Shown piece by piece: positions 24,613-37,722 of a stretch of DNA of 64,000 nt. This DNA is from Syncephalis fuscata S228 (taxonomy: Eukaryota; Fungi; Zoopagomycota): the NCBI GenBank assembly GCA_025786725.1, contig JAHLTZ010000008.1:558001-622000 (forward strand). The letters are read 5' to 3'. How positions within the stretch are numbered: the stretch's first letter is position 1; each line of letters opens with the position of its first letter. The translations under genes and the position numbers were made by a program. The notes under the pieces were generated by a model. It made no database searches. It was not told the DNA's origin and was given only the letters and a program-made list of their open reading frames with translations.

Positions 24613-26238
24613 ATGGATCCAACGTCACCACTTCCTCCCGCATATCCCAAGCGTGGCTCTTCCAAGTATGATTTTGTTAAACTGCGCGTCCATCTCTCAA
24701 GCCAGCACTACTATGTGCTATCTCGGTTTTTGGTCAGTCGAATGCTTATGGCTACAAAGGTAATAGTTGGCTATAGAGCTATAGACTATATGTACTAATG
24801 GTATGATCTACCTGGCACTAGGTCTCTGTGCTACACTCTACGCGCATAGCACTCGATCTTAAAAAGCGTCTGGTCGATAGAGGAGCACTGGACGTATCTC
24901 AACTAGAGCTGGAACAAGCTTTATTTCAACTAATGGCAGAGAAAGGCTATGGACAGCGTAGTATCCGGCTATTCTGGACACTTAATCGGCAAGTATACCC
25001 TTGGCATGGTATAGCAAAGTACTGGCGTTGCTAACCTGCACTATAGACTTCATCACCAACGCATTCCACTTGTCATTCTAATTGGTGGTGCTGGCTCGGT
25101 AGGAAAGTCAACACTAGCCACTCAACTAGCGGAAAGGCTTAATCTGGCCAACACATTAAAGACGGATTTGATTTGCGAGATGACACGCTCGTTACTTGGG
25201 TAAGTGATTTGGATGATGGTAAATCATAAGTCACTTATGATACAAATGAAATGATAGATTACCAGAAATACGTACAATAAAAATGAGTACCGATTTCGTA
25301 TCATCATCCAATAATTCGGATGCATGTACACTCGTTCGTCGTGGACTGGAAATTGAGCTGCGTAAATGTCTTTCATCAGGAAAATCAGTCATTGTTGAAG
25401 GGGAACATGTTGATGTGACATTGCTCAATTTTGTTTTACGCTGCTTGGACGATGAACGCTTTAATCGAAAACGGCGTGTTTCTGTAGACAAGCTATTGCC
25501 ACCACCTTCTTCTTTGATGTGCAAACAAGGTCAATTGGCTAGTAATGCACTTTCAACGCCAGTAGTCACTAATATGATTGATGCTCATACCAAGTATGAT
25601 GCCAATGTTTAGAAAATGATCAACATGACGATGATCGTGACCATAATAACAACAATAATAATAATAATGCTAGTAGTAGCAATGATTCGTTGGAAAGTCT
25701 TGGTAAAGACCATCCTTATTCGCCATCTATTCATAGGAATTACGCACAACAGCCATCTAATGCGATTAATTGTAATAGATGGTCGGATCTGGATGTAATG
25801 CCTCATGGATCAAATAGTGATATATACTCACACTCTTACTCAGAAACTGATTCATTTGAATCCTATTCCTCTTCGGCTTCTTCTGCATGGGGCGATGAAG
25901 AGGATGCACCATTAGGCATTGTTGTTCCTTTCCTACTAACTATTAACGACGCCGACTTTCATCGCGAGTTAATAGAGGAGACGACACGGTCTTTTGGCGG
26001 TATTTATACTGCTTCTACTACAATTGAATCGACGAACCTTACCCAAAAACATGGCGCTGTGGAGCGAGCATGGCTACAACGAGAAAGAACACGTCAGAAT
26101 ACGTTGTTGGAAGAAAATTCGAATCAGCCGGCTCCATTACGACAATTTATTACAATAGTCCGCAACAGAGAGACCGCTCATGATACACTAGATTGCATGC
26201 ATGACACGGTACTGGGCGAGATTGCCGCAACACTATAG
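24613..26238 (+). CDS. 2-phosphoglycerate-kinase-like P-loop NTPase (plant LPA1-related family)
   Basis: SSKYDFVKLRVHLSSQHYYVLSRFLVSRML, IALDLKKRLVD...VSQLELE, HHQRIPLVILIGGAGSVGKSTLATQLAERLNL, GKSVIVEGEH. Includes a GC-AG intron (24989-25046) and a frameshift near 25608. Confidence 0.8.
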
Positions 26239-28237
26239 CTGTAGCAAAGCTATACTATATTGTAGTGTTGCAATGGGTCGTAATTGGTATTGTAATATCG
26301 ATTGTTCAACACAATTAGTTAACTGAGTTGCCGACACAATTTAAAACAATGTACCTTTTATCTTTAATAAAACTTTACTTTTAGTTTCTTATTTCTTGTA
26401 TTTCACAAATAATTCAAGATCCTATCTTGAAAAAAAACTAATTTATGTTAGTATTTTTGCAACATTAGTCAATTGACTAAATTTAAATATTGCTTATTTT
26501 CATTATATGTTGTAGCTAATATTTAATTTACACAATATGAAAGAAAGTTAATAGCAAATATTGTTATCAATGAACAATATTGCTAAAACAACCATAGCTG
26601 GCAATACATCATTGCTTTGAATTGCAGAATATAAAAGCGTGGCCTAGAGTATCTACCATATAATGCAAATTTCAAATTGTGAGCCTATTATTTAATCAAG
26701 TCATTGCTGTATGAACTATGTGCACATCAGGACTGTCACTTCATGATGTACCATGCATTGCTACTGCACAAGCAAAGCTGACTATATCTACTTGGGCGGC
26801 TTGTGAACATAGTTCAGTGCTTTTACATGCAGCTGCGTGTCATTTGAACAGTTTAAGCTGTTTCAAGGTCAAATAATCAACGACAGCAACAGCTGAACAT
26901 ATTGTTTTATTATCAAATATATATATAATTAATAGCTAATGCTTAATAAAAATACTACACTGATAATATTAATATGCCACATTTGTGTTAATATGAAATA
27001 ATCGGAATAGAACTGTCGGTCATCTATTTAATTAAATATGATTGTATCACTAATCTAACCGTAGTAACTTGTAAGTTGCATTCTATAGTAGTCAGCTGTT
27101 TATTGACTAAGCTCTATATCTTTTGTGTACTCGATAACTTGCATTAATAAAAAGTAAATGATATTGTATATTAATTAGCTATACACCAATTAAGTGCTAT
27201 GATCTGCATGTGTTTATGATCTGTATTAATGGTTGGTAAATGACATCTTTATTAATATACCATGAATTAACATAATTATTATGTACCTTGTATGTCTAAT
27301 ACCATACATTAGTAGACCGTAAGTGTGGTTATATAATATTGGCTGATATGCTAAGTATATAACATGTGACATATTATTAATGAAAATAGACCAACTGATG
27401 CCTCAAGGAAATCAATATTAGTAGCGATACTATGCTGACATTGGTTGCATTGCCAGCCTTAGAAACAACGAGTATTTATAAATATTATTATTACAATCTT
27501 ATATTGTTTTGGCACTCTGTCCATTATACCAATACTATAATGTAAATAGCTATTGTCTGTTGAAAAATGAGTGCTACACTATCTTAAGCATTTGCTTACG
27601 CCTAGAAACAAAACTAACTTGTGCATATCAACGGAAATAACTTGCTGTATATAAAAACAATTTATTTATATATAGTAAAACAATAATCAAATATTAATAC
27701 TATAAAAGCTTAGATGTTAGCACCAAGGAACAATGGCTCGTTGTCAGTTAAATGGTATGATATTATAGCTTTACTTTATATTATGTACATACTTATGTAT
27801 GTCTATTCCGATTTGACATTGTATACTATTTATGAAACCATGCTTTTACGCATAAATTAATAATAATATAATAAGCATTCTACCAAGTCCAAGCATATAA
27901 TAACCAATTATTCCATCTCTTGTACGATTGACATGATTTTCTATATTTTTTCTTCTTTAGGGGAAGCTGGATATTCTTTTCTTGGACTGAATGTGCAACG
28001 AATAAGCAATCAACATGGTATAATAATACGGTATTTAGTGTTAGTAACTGTATTGTAATTAATTAATTATTTACACTCAACGTCACAGTATTCACTTTCC
28101 ATTTTATTTATTCCACTAAACATCCATCGCTGCTTTACCCTTTTGTCGTCATTATTATTCTAACTACTAGGCCTGCTATATTCAGCATTACTGTTGCTAT
28201 TAGTTGTATAGCTGTTTAGCAATTACGTTGAGTCAGT

Positions 28238-30678
28238 ATGACTTCGCCTGGTCCAGATTATGTACTCGACACTAGAGGTAAGTCCAACATGATCATTGAC
28301 CCTTGTCTACAGTCCAATAGATGCCAACTAACAGTACGTAGAATTTGTTGGTGTTAAACGTTCATTAAAGTCACAGCGAAATGTACTGGTGATGTTCTGT
28401 GTATCTATACTATTAGGTCTACCCCTTTGGTGGCAAACTACGCGCGTCTATCGAGCGAGTCTACCACTAGAGGCCATCGATACGTGGAGTCAATGGAAAG
28501 AGGTAAGCTGGTTATGCTATTTGTTGATAACTAACATAATATTTATATTAATTAATAGGAAACAAACTTTGTATTTCATACAAAAGTGGGCCTACATGCC
28601 GTCATATCGGATTCAGAAGAGCGTCAGCAATTTAAAGCTCATCAAACTAAGTGGACCAATCAATTACACGGTCGTTTACAACAGCTATCTGCAAAGCCTA
28701 CAGAAGAGAGTAGCGAAACATCTACTAATAACACTATAATAGACCCTGTAATTGCATTGCAAACAGCCGTTGATCTTCATGTGGAAGTGGCATCCGAGGG
28801 ATGGTCATTAAACGAAGGTCAGTGATAATATAACGATATGGTAATCAGAAATAAAGACTGACCTTGTAATGTCAATGATAGTCGAGTTTGAAGATGAAAT
28901 GAATATACAAGAGGAACTACTTGGCGATTACATTGTTTACATCGAGCCACGATTTGATATAAAACATCCTGAACTAATTTTTGGTGCAAATAGATCTGTC
29001 TATATTCGTTTGAATAACCTAGATGTTGGTGGGTAGATAAAGCTATTTTGTATAATAGCTAACAAATAGTAGACACGGTGGGAGATGTACTGGCTAGTAT
29101 TCTATTCCGGGATACTTTCCTATTACGTAGTGAACTTATTCAAGCTATAGATAATAGGGCTAAAGAGCAGGTAGATAAACATATAGTGGATATAAATAGA
29201 TAGACACTTAGCTTTTATAGATACACAATAGTGAGATGCGTGTAATTCCACCTGCTCGTAACTATCAAATTATATTTGCACTAATGAACGAGGATCCCTC
29301 GGAACGACTGGTCAATTGGGATATTCAAACGGCCATATCGAGTAAGTTGACAGCTGATGAACCCTTTAATTATCCATCTCTAACCAATCACTATAGCGTG
29401 GCTGGGTCCATTTTTCCACAGGCTATCACCTGTATTAAATGTCACACTAACTACGCAAGTACAACACTATGCAACGTTGGGTCTACAGCCTGAGGAAAGA
29501 ATTGCAGATACTGGTGATGTTGAGCGATATTTGACACCAGAGAAATTGGGCACTTTTATTAATTCTGCTGAATGGAATCTTGGTAATTAAATGGTATATA
29601 CAAAAAGCTATTGGTTAACACGATTATAGCATCGGTAGTGTCAAACGATCCTACTATTCATTTATTGGTTTATGCGCCATCCCCGCAAAAAGGACGTCTT
29701 TATTTATTGGACACAACAAGTGAGTCAAATGGCTAAGCTATTAATATTAAAATGATTAATAATAGCAATAAATTTATAAGATGAGATATCCAAGTTAAAC
29801 GCATTTCTCATTCCTCAGTGGGGCGGTATTATTATTGAAAATGCGCCCAAGAACGCTGCACATAACGAAAACGGATTAGAGCTATTGACTGTCGACAGAT
29901 TGAAGCCAGACATGGAAGTATTTCTATCACAATTACGTGATCTACTAGGTATACGCAGTGCACATTCACTATTGGCTGTGGTAAGTTGTGTAATAAACTC
30001 TATGTTTTGTTACTGAATAGCTACCATTGCTTTATATAGAATGATCAATGGAAGATAACTGCAGCACCATCGACGCATTATGGATTATCTGGCTGGGAAC
30101 TAGATGGTTTATTAAGATGGCGACTTGGTCAACGAATTATTAGCGCTGTAACAACACTGCGATCTCTATCTCGCATGGTGACTACTATCGAGAGTATGCC
30201 AATTGAGGATCACATTCAACAAAGGTACTAAAATGAAGTGATGAAAATTATGGCATTAATTATGTATGATTATCTAGGTAAACAGGGCATTGGCAGATTT
30301 AGAAAAGGTAAGAAATATACTACGATTGATATTAATGCTGTTGTTGTTATTATTGTTATTGATATACAATTGCTAATTTATTTATATTTAATTAAATAGA
30401 CACGAGAGCAATTGGTACGTGGCAACTTGGTGGATGCCTTCCAGCTGGCAACGCTTACGGCCGAATTGGCTGAGGCAGCTTTCTTTGATCATACTATGGT
30501 GGCTCAGCTCTATTTTCCCGATGAGCACAAGTTTGCTGTCTACATGCCACTATTTGTGCCCATCGCCGTGCCATTACTTCTTGCACTAATACGGATAGTA
30601 AAAATGAGCAAACAAAAACTACAGGTTTTTGATCAAACTGAGGAAACTACTGAAGAAATACGGCTAAAAACCGATTAA
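28238..30678 (+). CDS. GPI17: GPI transamidase component PIG-S/Gpi17
   Basis: LLGLPLWWQTTRVYRASLP, FINSAEWNL, NAFLIPQWGGI, AEAAFFDHTMVAQLYFPDEHKFAVYMPLFVP. Many short introns. Confidence 0.95.
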
Positions 30679-30703
30679 TAAATAAATATTCATCGTTTCT
30701 ACT

Positions 30704-30967
30704 ATATTCAAATGGATTATATCCAGATTAAAAAAGAGACAGATAAGCTGTAAAAACGGCCAATGCTATAAACTTGGTATTTCTTAGTTACAAATGCAGC
30801 TTAGTGTACTGGGCATCATTGTAATTGCGTTTGATGGATGGCATAATAAACGTGTGATTAGCAATTACTCCTTATCGCTCTATGTTTTCAATAATTTATA
30901 ACGCTCTTGGCATTAAATTGTCTATTTTCAATACTGAGCATTAAAAGCTTATTACTATTATTATTAA
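30704..30967 (+). repeat. ~265-bp inverted repeat, copy A
   Basis: atattcaaatggattatatccag...gcttattactattattattaa is the near-identical reverse complement of 37456-37722. Confidence 0.95.
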
Positions 30968-31335
30968 ATAGCAAATAAGCAAGCAAAATAGCGAAAAAGG
31001 AAGTAAAAGATAGAGTAAGCGACATTTGAAGTGTAAAAAACCGAGTAATAAAGAGATTTGATTAATTTAGGTGTTATTTGCTTCTATTTTGTATTAAATA
31101 AAATAAAAGATCAAAAGTATTAATAAGGTAGGAAAAGCGGCGGATAATGGTAGAAAGAAACATGGGCTTCAAACTCCATTTTAACCAAATATATTGTTAA
31201 TGAATGGTTTATTTGCAATTACATGATTATTGTTATTCAATAAGCATTAATAATCATTTAAAATAAAAATACACAGAAACACGCTTATTGGTGTTTGTTA
31301 ATCTCATTTACAACAACCAACTATAGCGATGTAAT

Positions 31336-32112
31336 CTACTCTGTAGTTTTAACGCCAGTAGATCCAAAGCCATTTTCACCACGATCAGTATCGTCGAGTT
31401 CTTCGACCTCTTCAACATCCGGTGTAATAATACGCTCTAGTACCATTTGAGCAATACGATCACCCTCGTTAATTTCAAAGGTTTCATCTCCAAAATTAAA
31501 CAATAGAATCTGCAATGGACCACGGTAATCGGCGTCGATCACACCGGCACCGACATCAATGAACTTGCGGACGGCTAGACCGCTACGCGGCGCTATACGG
31601 CCATAGGTGCCAAGGGGAATTTGCATAGCCAAGTCGGTTGGTACCAAAGCTTTACCCTTTGGTGGAATCTTCATTTGGCGAGCGCTGCAAATGTCGTAGC
31701 CAGCAGCAAGTGAGCTGCCACGTTTTGGCAAACGAGCCTTTTTACTAAGCCGCTTCACTTTGAATGGCTGATATGGTGTTGTAGATACAAGCGTTGGATC
31801 ATTGTTATCAATAGCCTGAACCTGGTTATTGGCCTCTGAGGCAACGGTATCATCGCTAGCATCCGAGTCATAGTCGGTACGAGAACGCTTACGGTTGGCT
31901 GACATACTTGCGTGGAATAAGTAAAAGCAGCGAGAGGAAAAGTGCCTGGTGTTAGAAAAAGCTGAACAACTAGTAGTAATGGGTCGAGTTAAGCTTAGAA
32001 GGCTATGAATACCAGTGGGCTTAAAGAAAGAATAGCAAAACGCTTTACGAAAACTAAACGCTGGCGCAAGCGATAAGAAAGCTGCTGCTTTTGTAGTGTG
32101 CAATGGAGTCAT
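31336..32112 (-). CDS. DUT1: dUTP pyrophosphatase
   Basis: All five dUTPase motifs: [41 protein letters not shown]. Intronless. In-frame ATGs at 32112 (presequence-like) and 31905 (MSANRKRSR). Confidence 0.96.
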   Translation of the reverse strand: MTPLHTTKAAAFLSLAPAFSFRKAFCYSFFKPTGIHSLLSLTRPITTSCSAFSNTRHFSSRCFYLFHASMSANRKRSRTDYDSDASDDTVASEANNQVQAIDNNDPTLVSTTPYQPFKVKRLSKKARLPKRGSSLAAGYDICSARQMKIPPKGKALVPTDLAMQIPLGTYGRIAPRSGLAVRKFIDVGAGVIDADYRGPLQILLFNFGDETFEINEGDRIAQMVLERIITPDVEEVEELDDTDRGENGFGSTGVKTTE

Positions 32113-33507
32113 GATGTGTTGTGGTGATGAAAAGCAAAAACGCGTTTGCGACACGTTCATTTTCTCTAATATCACGTGATATTGCAATTTAAAATGATGA
32201 TTGGAGAGAATTTGCTTGATCCCGTGATTTTATATAAATTCGCCTATCTTCTCGATTTTGCTCAATTGTAGCAAAATAAAACAATCACGTGTTGATTGTC
32301 ATAGTATGTTTTTTTGCAGTTTACATTTAAGACATTAAAGTCAACATACTGCATAGTAATATACACGTAATACCTATAAATTGGTTTATAGATATACCTG
32401 TTTTATTTAAATAGGCATCATTATTATACACTAAATATGGTTTTAAATATTTGCTTGAATATGAATTACTAGTTAGTAATAAGCATATAAATTAGTCAGC
32501 ATAAAAATAAAACGTATAATTATTGAAAGTCAGTATACTAAATATAGCTTAGAATACCGGTAAGACTATGGAAAAAGCATTGTAGTCATTATAAGCAGCT
32601 AGATTCAGCAATAGAAAATGCATTACAGTTTATATGGCTGTACAATGCTGTGCTATACTATAATGGTACATGCAGTGGAATAATAATCGTTGATTATACT
32701 AGTAGAACAATGGATATTTATTTGACAAGTATGACGAAATGTGGCGTTGTAGTATGGTGATGATTTGTATTGTTCACAGTAATTGCCACGCATATTCGAT
32801 CGAACAAACGTAATTTCCATCAACGATCATGCATTGCATTCTATAAATAAACAAGAACGACTAAGGCATTGATTGTTAATAGTGCATCTTATAGAACAAT
32901 CAATAGGCATGACCAATAAAAAATAGGGGAAAGACGTTTTAGATATTGGCTCCAAAAAAGACCAATGATAGACTGGCAGTTAACTATTGCTGCAGGTTCT
33001 AATCGTTAAGCACATAAATAAAACGTAGATTGTAAATAAATACAATATTTATTTGGTTAATCAAGTGCTTGGATAATATTTTCCGACTTTAAAAATACTA
33101 TTATAGTGTAGCTATAAACCTATATTAATGCACCGTTCAAACGGGAAATGCAAATTTAAATAATAGCAACACTGATGGTTAATATGTTTCAGTAACAACA
33201 CAGTGACCCGATCCTAAAGGGGTAGTAATTGCTTCAAACTAGTCAGAGCGTGAGTTAACAGGTTTGTGCCTGCCTTGGTTTAATTATAAATTATATATTT
33301 CCTCTTATAACATTCATTCGTTCATGTGTAAGCATCAGTTCATTATTTTCTTCGTCTATTCGTGTTCAAGTATCAAGGTATGTATTTTAATCACTATACT
33401 GGCTCTATTGAATAGTCTGAATAGTAAAGTGTGTACCATAATATATACAACAAACTAATTGTAATATTTACTCGATATTTGATATAGCATTCTAGATTTT
33501 TGCAATA

Positions 33508-34572
33508 ATGTTCAGCTTTGCTTGTTGGTTTAAGCCACCAATGCTGCTATCGTTATTGCTAGTAAAAGACGTACTATTAGGTGGCCTGCCCAGCGCCGCT
33601 TCTACACCATCAGTTATACAATATAAAATTGCAGGTGGTAAAGGTGTAAAGATTACACAGTATCCATTTGCAGCCAACATTCATATTAACAACAGCAGCT
33701 CGTGCGGCGGTACTATCATCAGTGACCGTTGGATTTTAACAGCGGCACATTGTTTGGTGAACATTGGAGCATCTAAGCAAGCACAGAAGTCTATCAGCTA
33801 CAAACTAGAATCTTTATCGTTAAATCTTGGTAGCACGCAAAGTGCATCTCCCACCCCAATCCCTGCCAAGCAAGCCATTTGGCACCATAATTACAGCTAT
33901 GCTGGTCAACGCTTTGATGCTGGCCTAATCGAGCTTGCAACACCGTTGATTTTTTCCGATACCATACAGCCAATCAAATTGTCGCAAGATGATGGGTATT
34001 TCGATGACAATCAAATGTATAGAGTTATTGGATGGGGTCGGGATGAACAAAGAAGAAAGTCGCTTTATTTGAAAGAGGTTGATATTCCTGGCACTAGTAC
34101 CAAGGAATGTAGCAAAGGATATCCGGAGTATTTACAGCACCGCGATGAGCTTTTATGTGCTGGCTTTACTCCTGGAAAAGACACGTGCGAGGGCGACTCG
34201 GGAGGCCCACTGCTATTAGAAGTAGCAAGCTCTGAAAATACCACCGGTAAAGTGGCCGCCGAATCATGGCTACAGGTGGGGGTCACTAGTTTTGGCATTA
34301 ACAATATCAATGAAACCATCACTGTGTGTGGTGCACCAGGCTCAGTTGGCTATTACGGACGTAGCGACTTTCTAACGCCATGGATTGCCAATATCACTGG
34401 ATTAGACGCATCGCTGTTTACAGCTCCTCTACCAGATGTGTTTGTTGCAAATAAAACCAACGCAGCTGGCAATTCCACTAATGGCGCTATGAGTGCAAAT
34501 ACTGATACTGCTAATTTTCTAAAGGTAGGCCTACATTTGTTTATTTGCTTAATTGCAACAACTCTAGTTTAG
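33508..34572 (+). CDS. Secreted trypsin-like serine protease (S1A) with hydrophobic C-terminal tail
   Basis: Signal-like N-terminus, mature start IAGG, CGGTII, LTAAHC, DAGLIEL, GKDTCEGDSGGP (Asp189-type specificity), QVGVTSFG. Confidence 0.93.
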   Translation: MFSFACWFKPPMLLSLLLVKDVLLGGLPSAASTPSVIQYKIAGGKGVKITQYPFAANIHINNSSSCGGTIISDRWILTAAHCLVNIGASKQAQKSISYKLESLSLNLGSTQSASPTPIPAKQAIWHHNYSYAGQRFDAGLIELATPLIFSDTIQPIKLSQDDGYFDDNQMYRVIGWGRDEQRRKSLYLKEVDIPGTSTKECSKGYPEYLQHRDELLCAGFTPGKDTCEGDSGGPLLLEVASSENTTGKVAAESWLQVGVTSFGINNINETITVCGAPGSVGYYGRSDFLTPWIANITGLDASLFTAPLPDVFVANKTNAAGNSTNGAMSANTDTANFLKVGLHLFICLIATTLV

Positions 34573-34737
34573 CACCAAGTTTCAATAATTTAGCTGGCCT
34601 AATACTTGGTGCGTTTATTTAAATAAATATATGATAATATTCGGTAATAGCGTTTGTTTTTGTATTGTAAATTTCAGCTATTTTATATAAAATATTAAAT
34701 TTGATGTTAATCACTGTCAAATACAACCACCAATAAT

Positions 34738-37405
34738 CTATTGATTTGGTAGAGATGAGTCCAGTTTAGTTTTCATTGTATGATATTTAATCCAATCGAT
34801 AATCTCGTTATACCATCGTAGAAAATTACTATTCAAACCATTAATAAGCTTTGGGGATGATGGTATACTTACAGGGGTTTTGTAATCCAGTGTCCTTCAT
34901 CTGGAAAGTACAGAAAACGTGATGTAATATTGCGTCGTTGTAGAGCTGTAAATGCAGCAATACCTAAATGCAATTTAGCAGCTAAAATATACTCTTATTT
35001 AATATTTACTATGACTTATATCAACACGATAATCTAATACATTGTAAGAATAAGTGAATCAAGCATTATTGGCGCAACCTACCTTTTTCACCATGAATAA
35101 TAAGCACTGGTGTTTCCCATTTTGCAACATGGTTATCCGGCGACCATTGAGTAAAGTTTGTTGGGTTTTTCCATGGTAATCCAGCAAACTAGAACACAAG
35201 TTATCTATAAAACATTACGATAGAAAGGCAATTACTTACCTCGTGCTCTGGAAAAAAGAGCTCGTCAGTAACGTAATAGCTCATAGCAATATTGAATATT
35301 CCCGCTTGGCTGACAAGACACCGAAATCGTCTAGTCTGGCCATTGATCCAATTTGTCATATATCCGCCATAGCTAGCACCCAATGCGCACAGCCGATCGC
35401 CATCCAGAAACGAGTATTGCTCCAGCACATAGTCCAAGCCCATCATTAAATCTTCATAAGGCCAACTTCCCCATCTATTTTCAATTGAATCGGTAAATTT
35501 CTGGCCATATCCTACGGATCCATGGGGATTAATGGCAACAACTGCAAACCCATTTGCCGTAAATAAATTGACATTCCATCGATAATGAAAATTATCAAAC
35601 CATGCTCCTTGCGGGCCACCTAAATAGCTAAGTGTTAAACCAGCAGCGACAAATATTGACGTATTTTCTTACCATGAATCAATAGTACGGTGGGATATTT
35701 CTTTTCTGGTTTGAATTCAAATGGCCTTACCAACCATCCGTGTATTTTATCCTCATTTGCTCCAGTAAACCAAAAACTCTCTAAACGTGATAGTGTTACG
35801 TTTTGCATAAGCTGTTCGCTGGCTTTAGTGAGTTGTTCAGTACGTGGATACTGCCCTGAATGTGATGGTGAGTTTGCATCTGGTGTAATAGCTCGATAAA
35901 CAACATGTTTATCAGCATCCAAACTATTTAAATCACGTAGATCAAGTAAAAATAATTCACTTGGCTGATTTGCCGTACTGTGACTAAATAGTAATTGATC
36001 TGAATTAATAACAATTATCCCTTCACTGTAGCCGTGTTGCGTAAGTTGTTGTATCTGTCCTGATGTTGCATCCACGCGAAAAATACACCTACAGCCTAGA
36101 TACTCTGCCGTAACAATAAAGTGCAAACTATCAGATAGCCATACCAATTCTTTTGGATTGCAGTCCCATTGAGTGGCAAGGATTAACGGTGAGCTATTAT
36201 TTACCGTATTATCGACATCACTCATTAATTTTTTATCAGGTCGTTTCATTATAGCAATTTGGTTGCAATCCGATTCATATCCATGACGCGCCGTTTGCAG
36301 CCAAGCCAAATATTTACCATCTGGTGAATAGGCCGGTTCTGAGCATACTCCAAGATTACTATCAGTAAGCGAGCGTGGTTGTGCCGATCCATCGGTGGGC
36401 ACAATATAAATATCCGATTTTGTATGCCACGCCCGCTCTCTTCCTGATAGTTTAGCGACAAATGCTATTTCTTTACCTTTTAAATTTGAAATAAATAAAT
36501 AAAATTAAACTAAACTAAACCGAATTTAACTGATTGCTACATACCATCAGCCGAGAACACGTAGTCTTGTATACTACCAAATGGATAAGGTGAGCATTCC
36601 TATTGAAACTTATTAGTTGATGCATTGAAAATGTAATATAATTACCAAATTACTGCTGCTTGCCATTAAATTGATTGGTTCATTTTCAAGCTGGTATCCA
36701 TAAATAAACGATTGCTTAACACGTACAGTGAATAGATGTGACTTTTTAGAGTTTACAAAGCGGTCCCATTGGCGAACGTATAAAGAGTCATAAGTTATTC
36801 CAAAACCAACTTTGCTAGCAAATCTATTTATATTATTTTGAGTTGTATCATTCAAGTTTTTCCCTTCACAGATATTAGCTGTAAATGCCAAAAGACCCGC
36901 TTCTTGATGATATCTAACAGTACTAATATTATTGGGCCAGCGAGTTAGTTGTTTTGTAGAACCTCTTGAGCTGCCAGTCACGTATGACTTGAATCTGATG
37001 CTATTGATACAATCCACACTTGCGAATAACCACTGCGCAACGAAAGAAATCCCACTGTTTTTTCATCTAACCAAAATGGATTATCGTCAATAAACCTGGT
37101 ATGGCATCTGTCAAAAGCCGTGGTTTTGCTGAGCAATTAGATACAGGTGGTGTAATGGAATCATCGCTTTGTACTGAACTTTCATTAATATCTATCAACC
37201 ATAGATTATTACTATAGCGGTTTTCGGCTACATTGTACTGGTATTGACTATAAACACATTGCCGCCCATCTGGTGATACAGACGGATTATTGATACGTGG
37301 TAGCGATGCCAACTTTTCTGCCGTCAAAGGCTGCGACTCTGCGGTGTTTACATCAATAGCAGGATCAGTGAGTGCATGAATAGTTGTAAGTTTTGTGACT
37401 GTCAT
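34738..37405 (-). CDS. Prolyl oligopeptidase family S9 dipeptidyl-peptidase V-like
   Basis: Beta-propeller SPDG repeats, KYPTVLLIHGGPQGAW, INPHGSVGYGQKFTDSI, GASYGG (Ser), GEKDYRV (Asp), PDEGHW (His). Two apparent 1-nt omissions (~37092, ~36981). Confidence 0.92.
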
Positions 37406-37455
37406 TGTTCAAAAAGTAATTTCAGTAAATGAAAGCGACATTTATTAAATGATAA

Positions 37456-37722
37456 TTAATAATAATAGTAATAAGCTTTTAATGCTCAGTATTGAAAATA
37501 GACAATTTAATGCCAAGAGCGTCATAAATTATTGAAAACATAGAGCGATAAGGAGTAATTGCTAATCACACGTTTATTATGCCCATCCATCAAACGCAAT
37601 TACAATGAGTGCCCAGTACACTAAGCTGCATTTGTAACTAAGAAATACCAAGTTTATAGCACTTGGCCGTTTTTACAGCTTATCTGTCTCTTTTTTAATC
37701 TGGATATAATCCATTTGAATAT
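37456..37722 (-). repeat. ~265-bp inverted repeat, copy B (directly upstream of the S9 peptidase ATG)
   Basis: Reverse complement of 30704-30967, with only a few single-base differences. Confidence 0.95.

Noticed and set aside
22268-26238. LanC-like gene plus divergent kinase as a lanthipeptide (RiPP) system
   Set aside because: The kinase is a P-loop 2-PGK-like protein, not a LanM/LanKC kinase. No lyase or Ser/Thr/Cys-rich precursor ORF was found.
26240-28230. 2-kb AT-rich gap as a hidden gene or element
   Set aside because: No ORF, terminal repeats or recognisable motifs found by eye.
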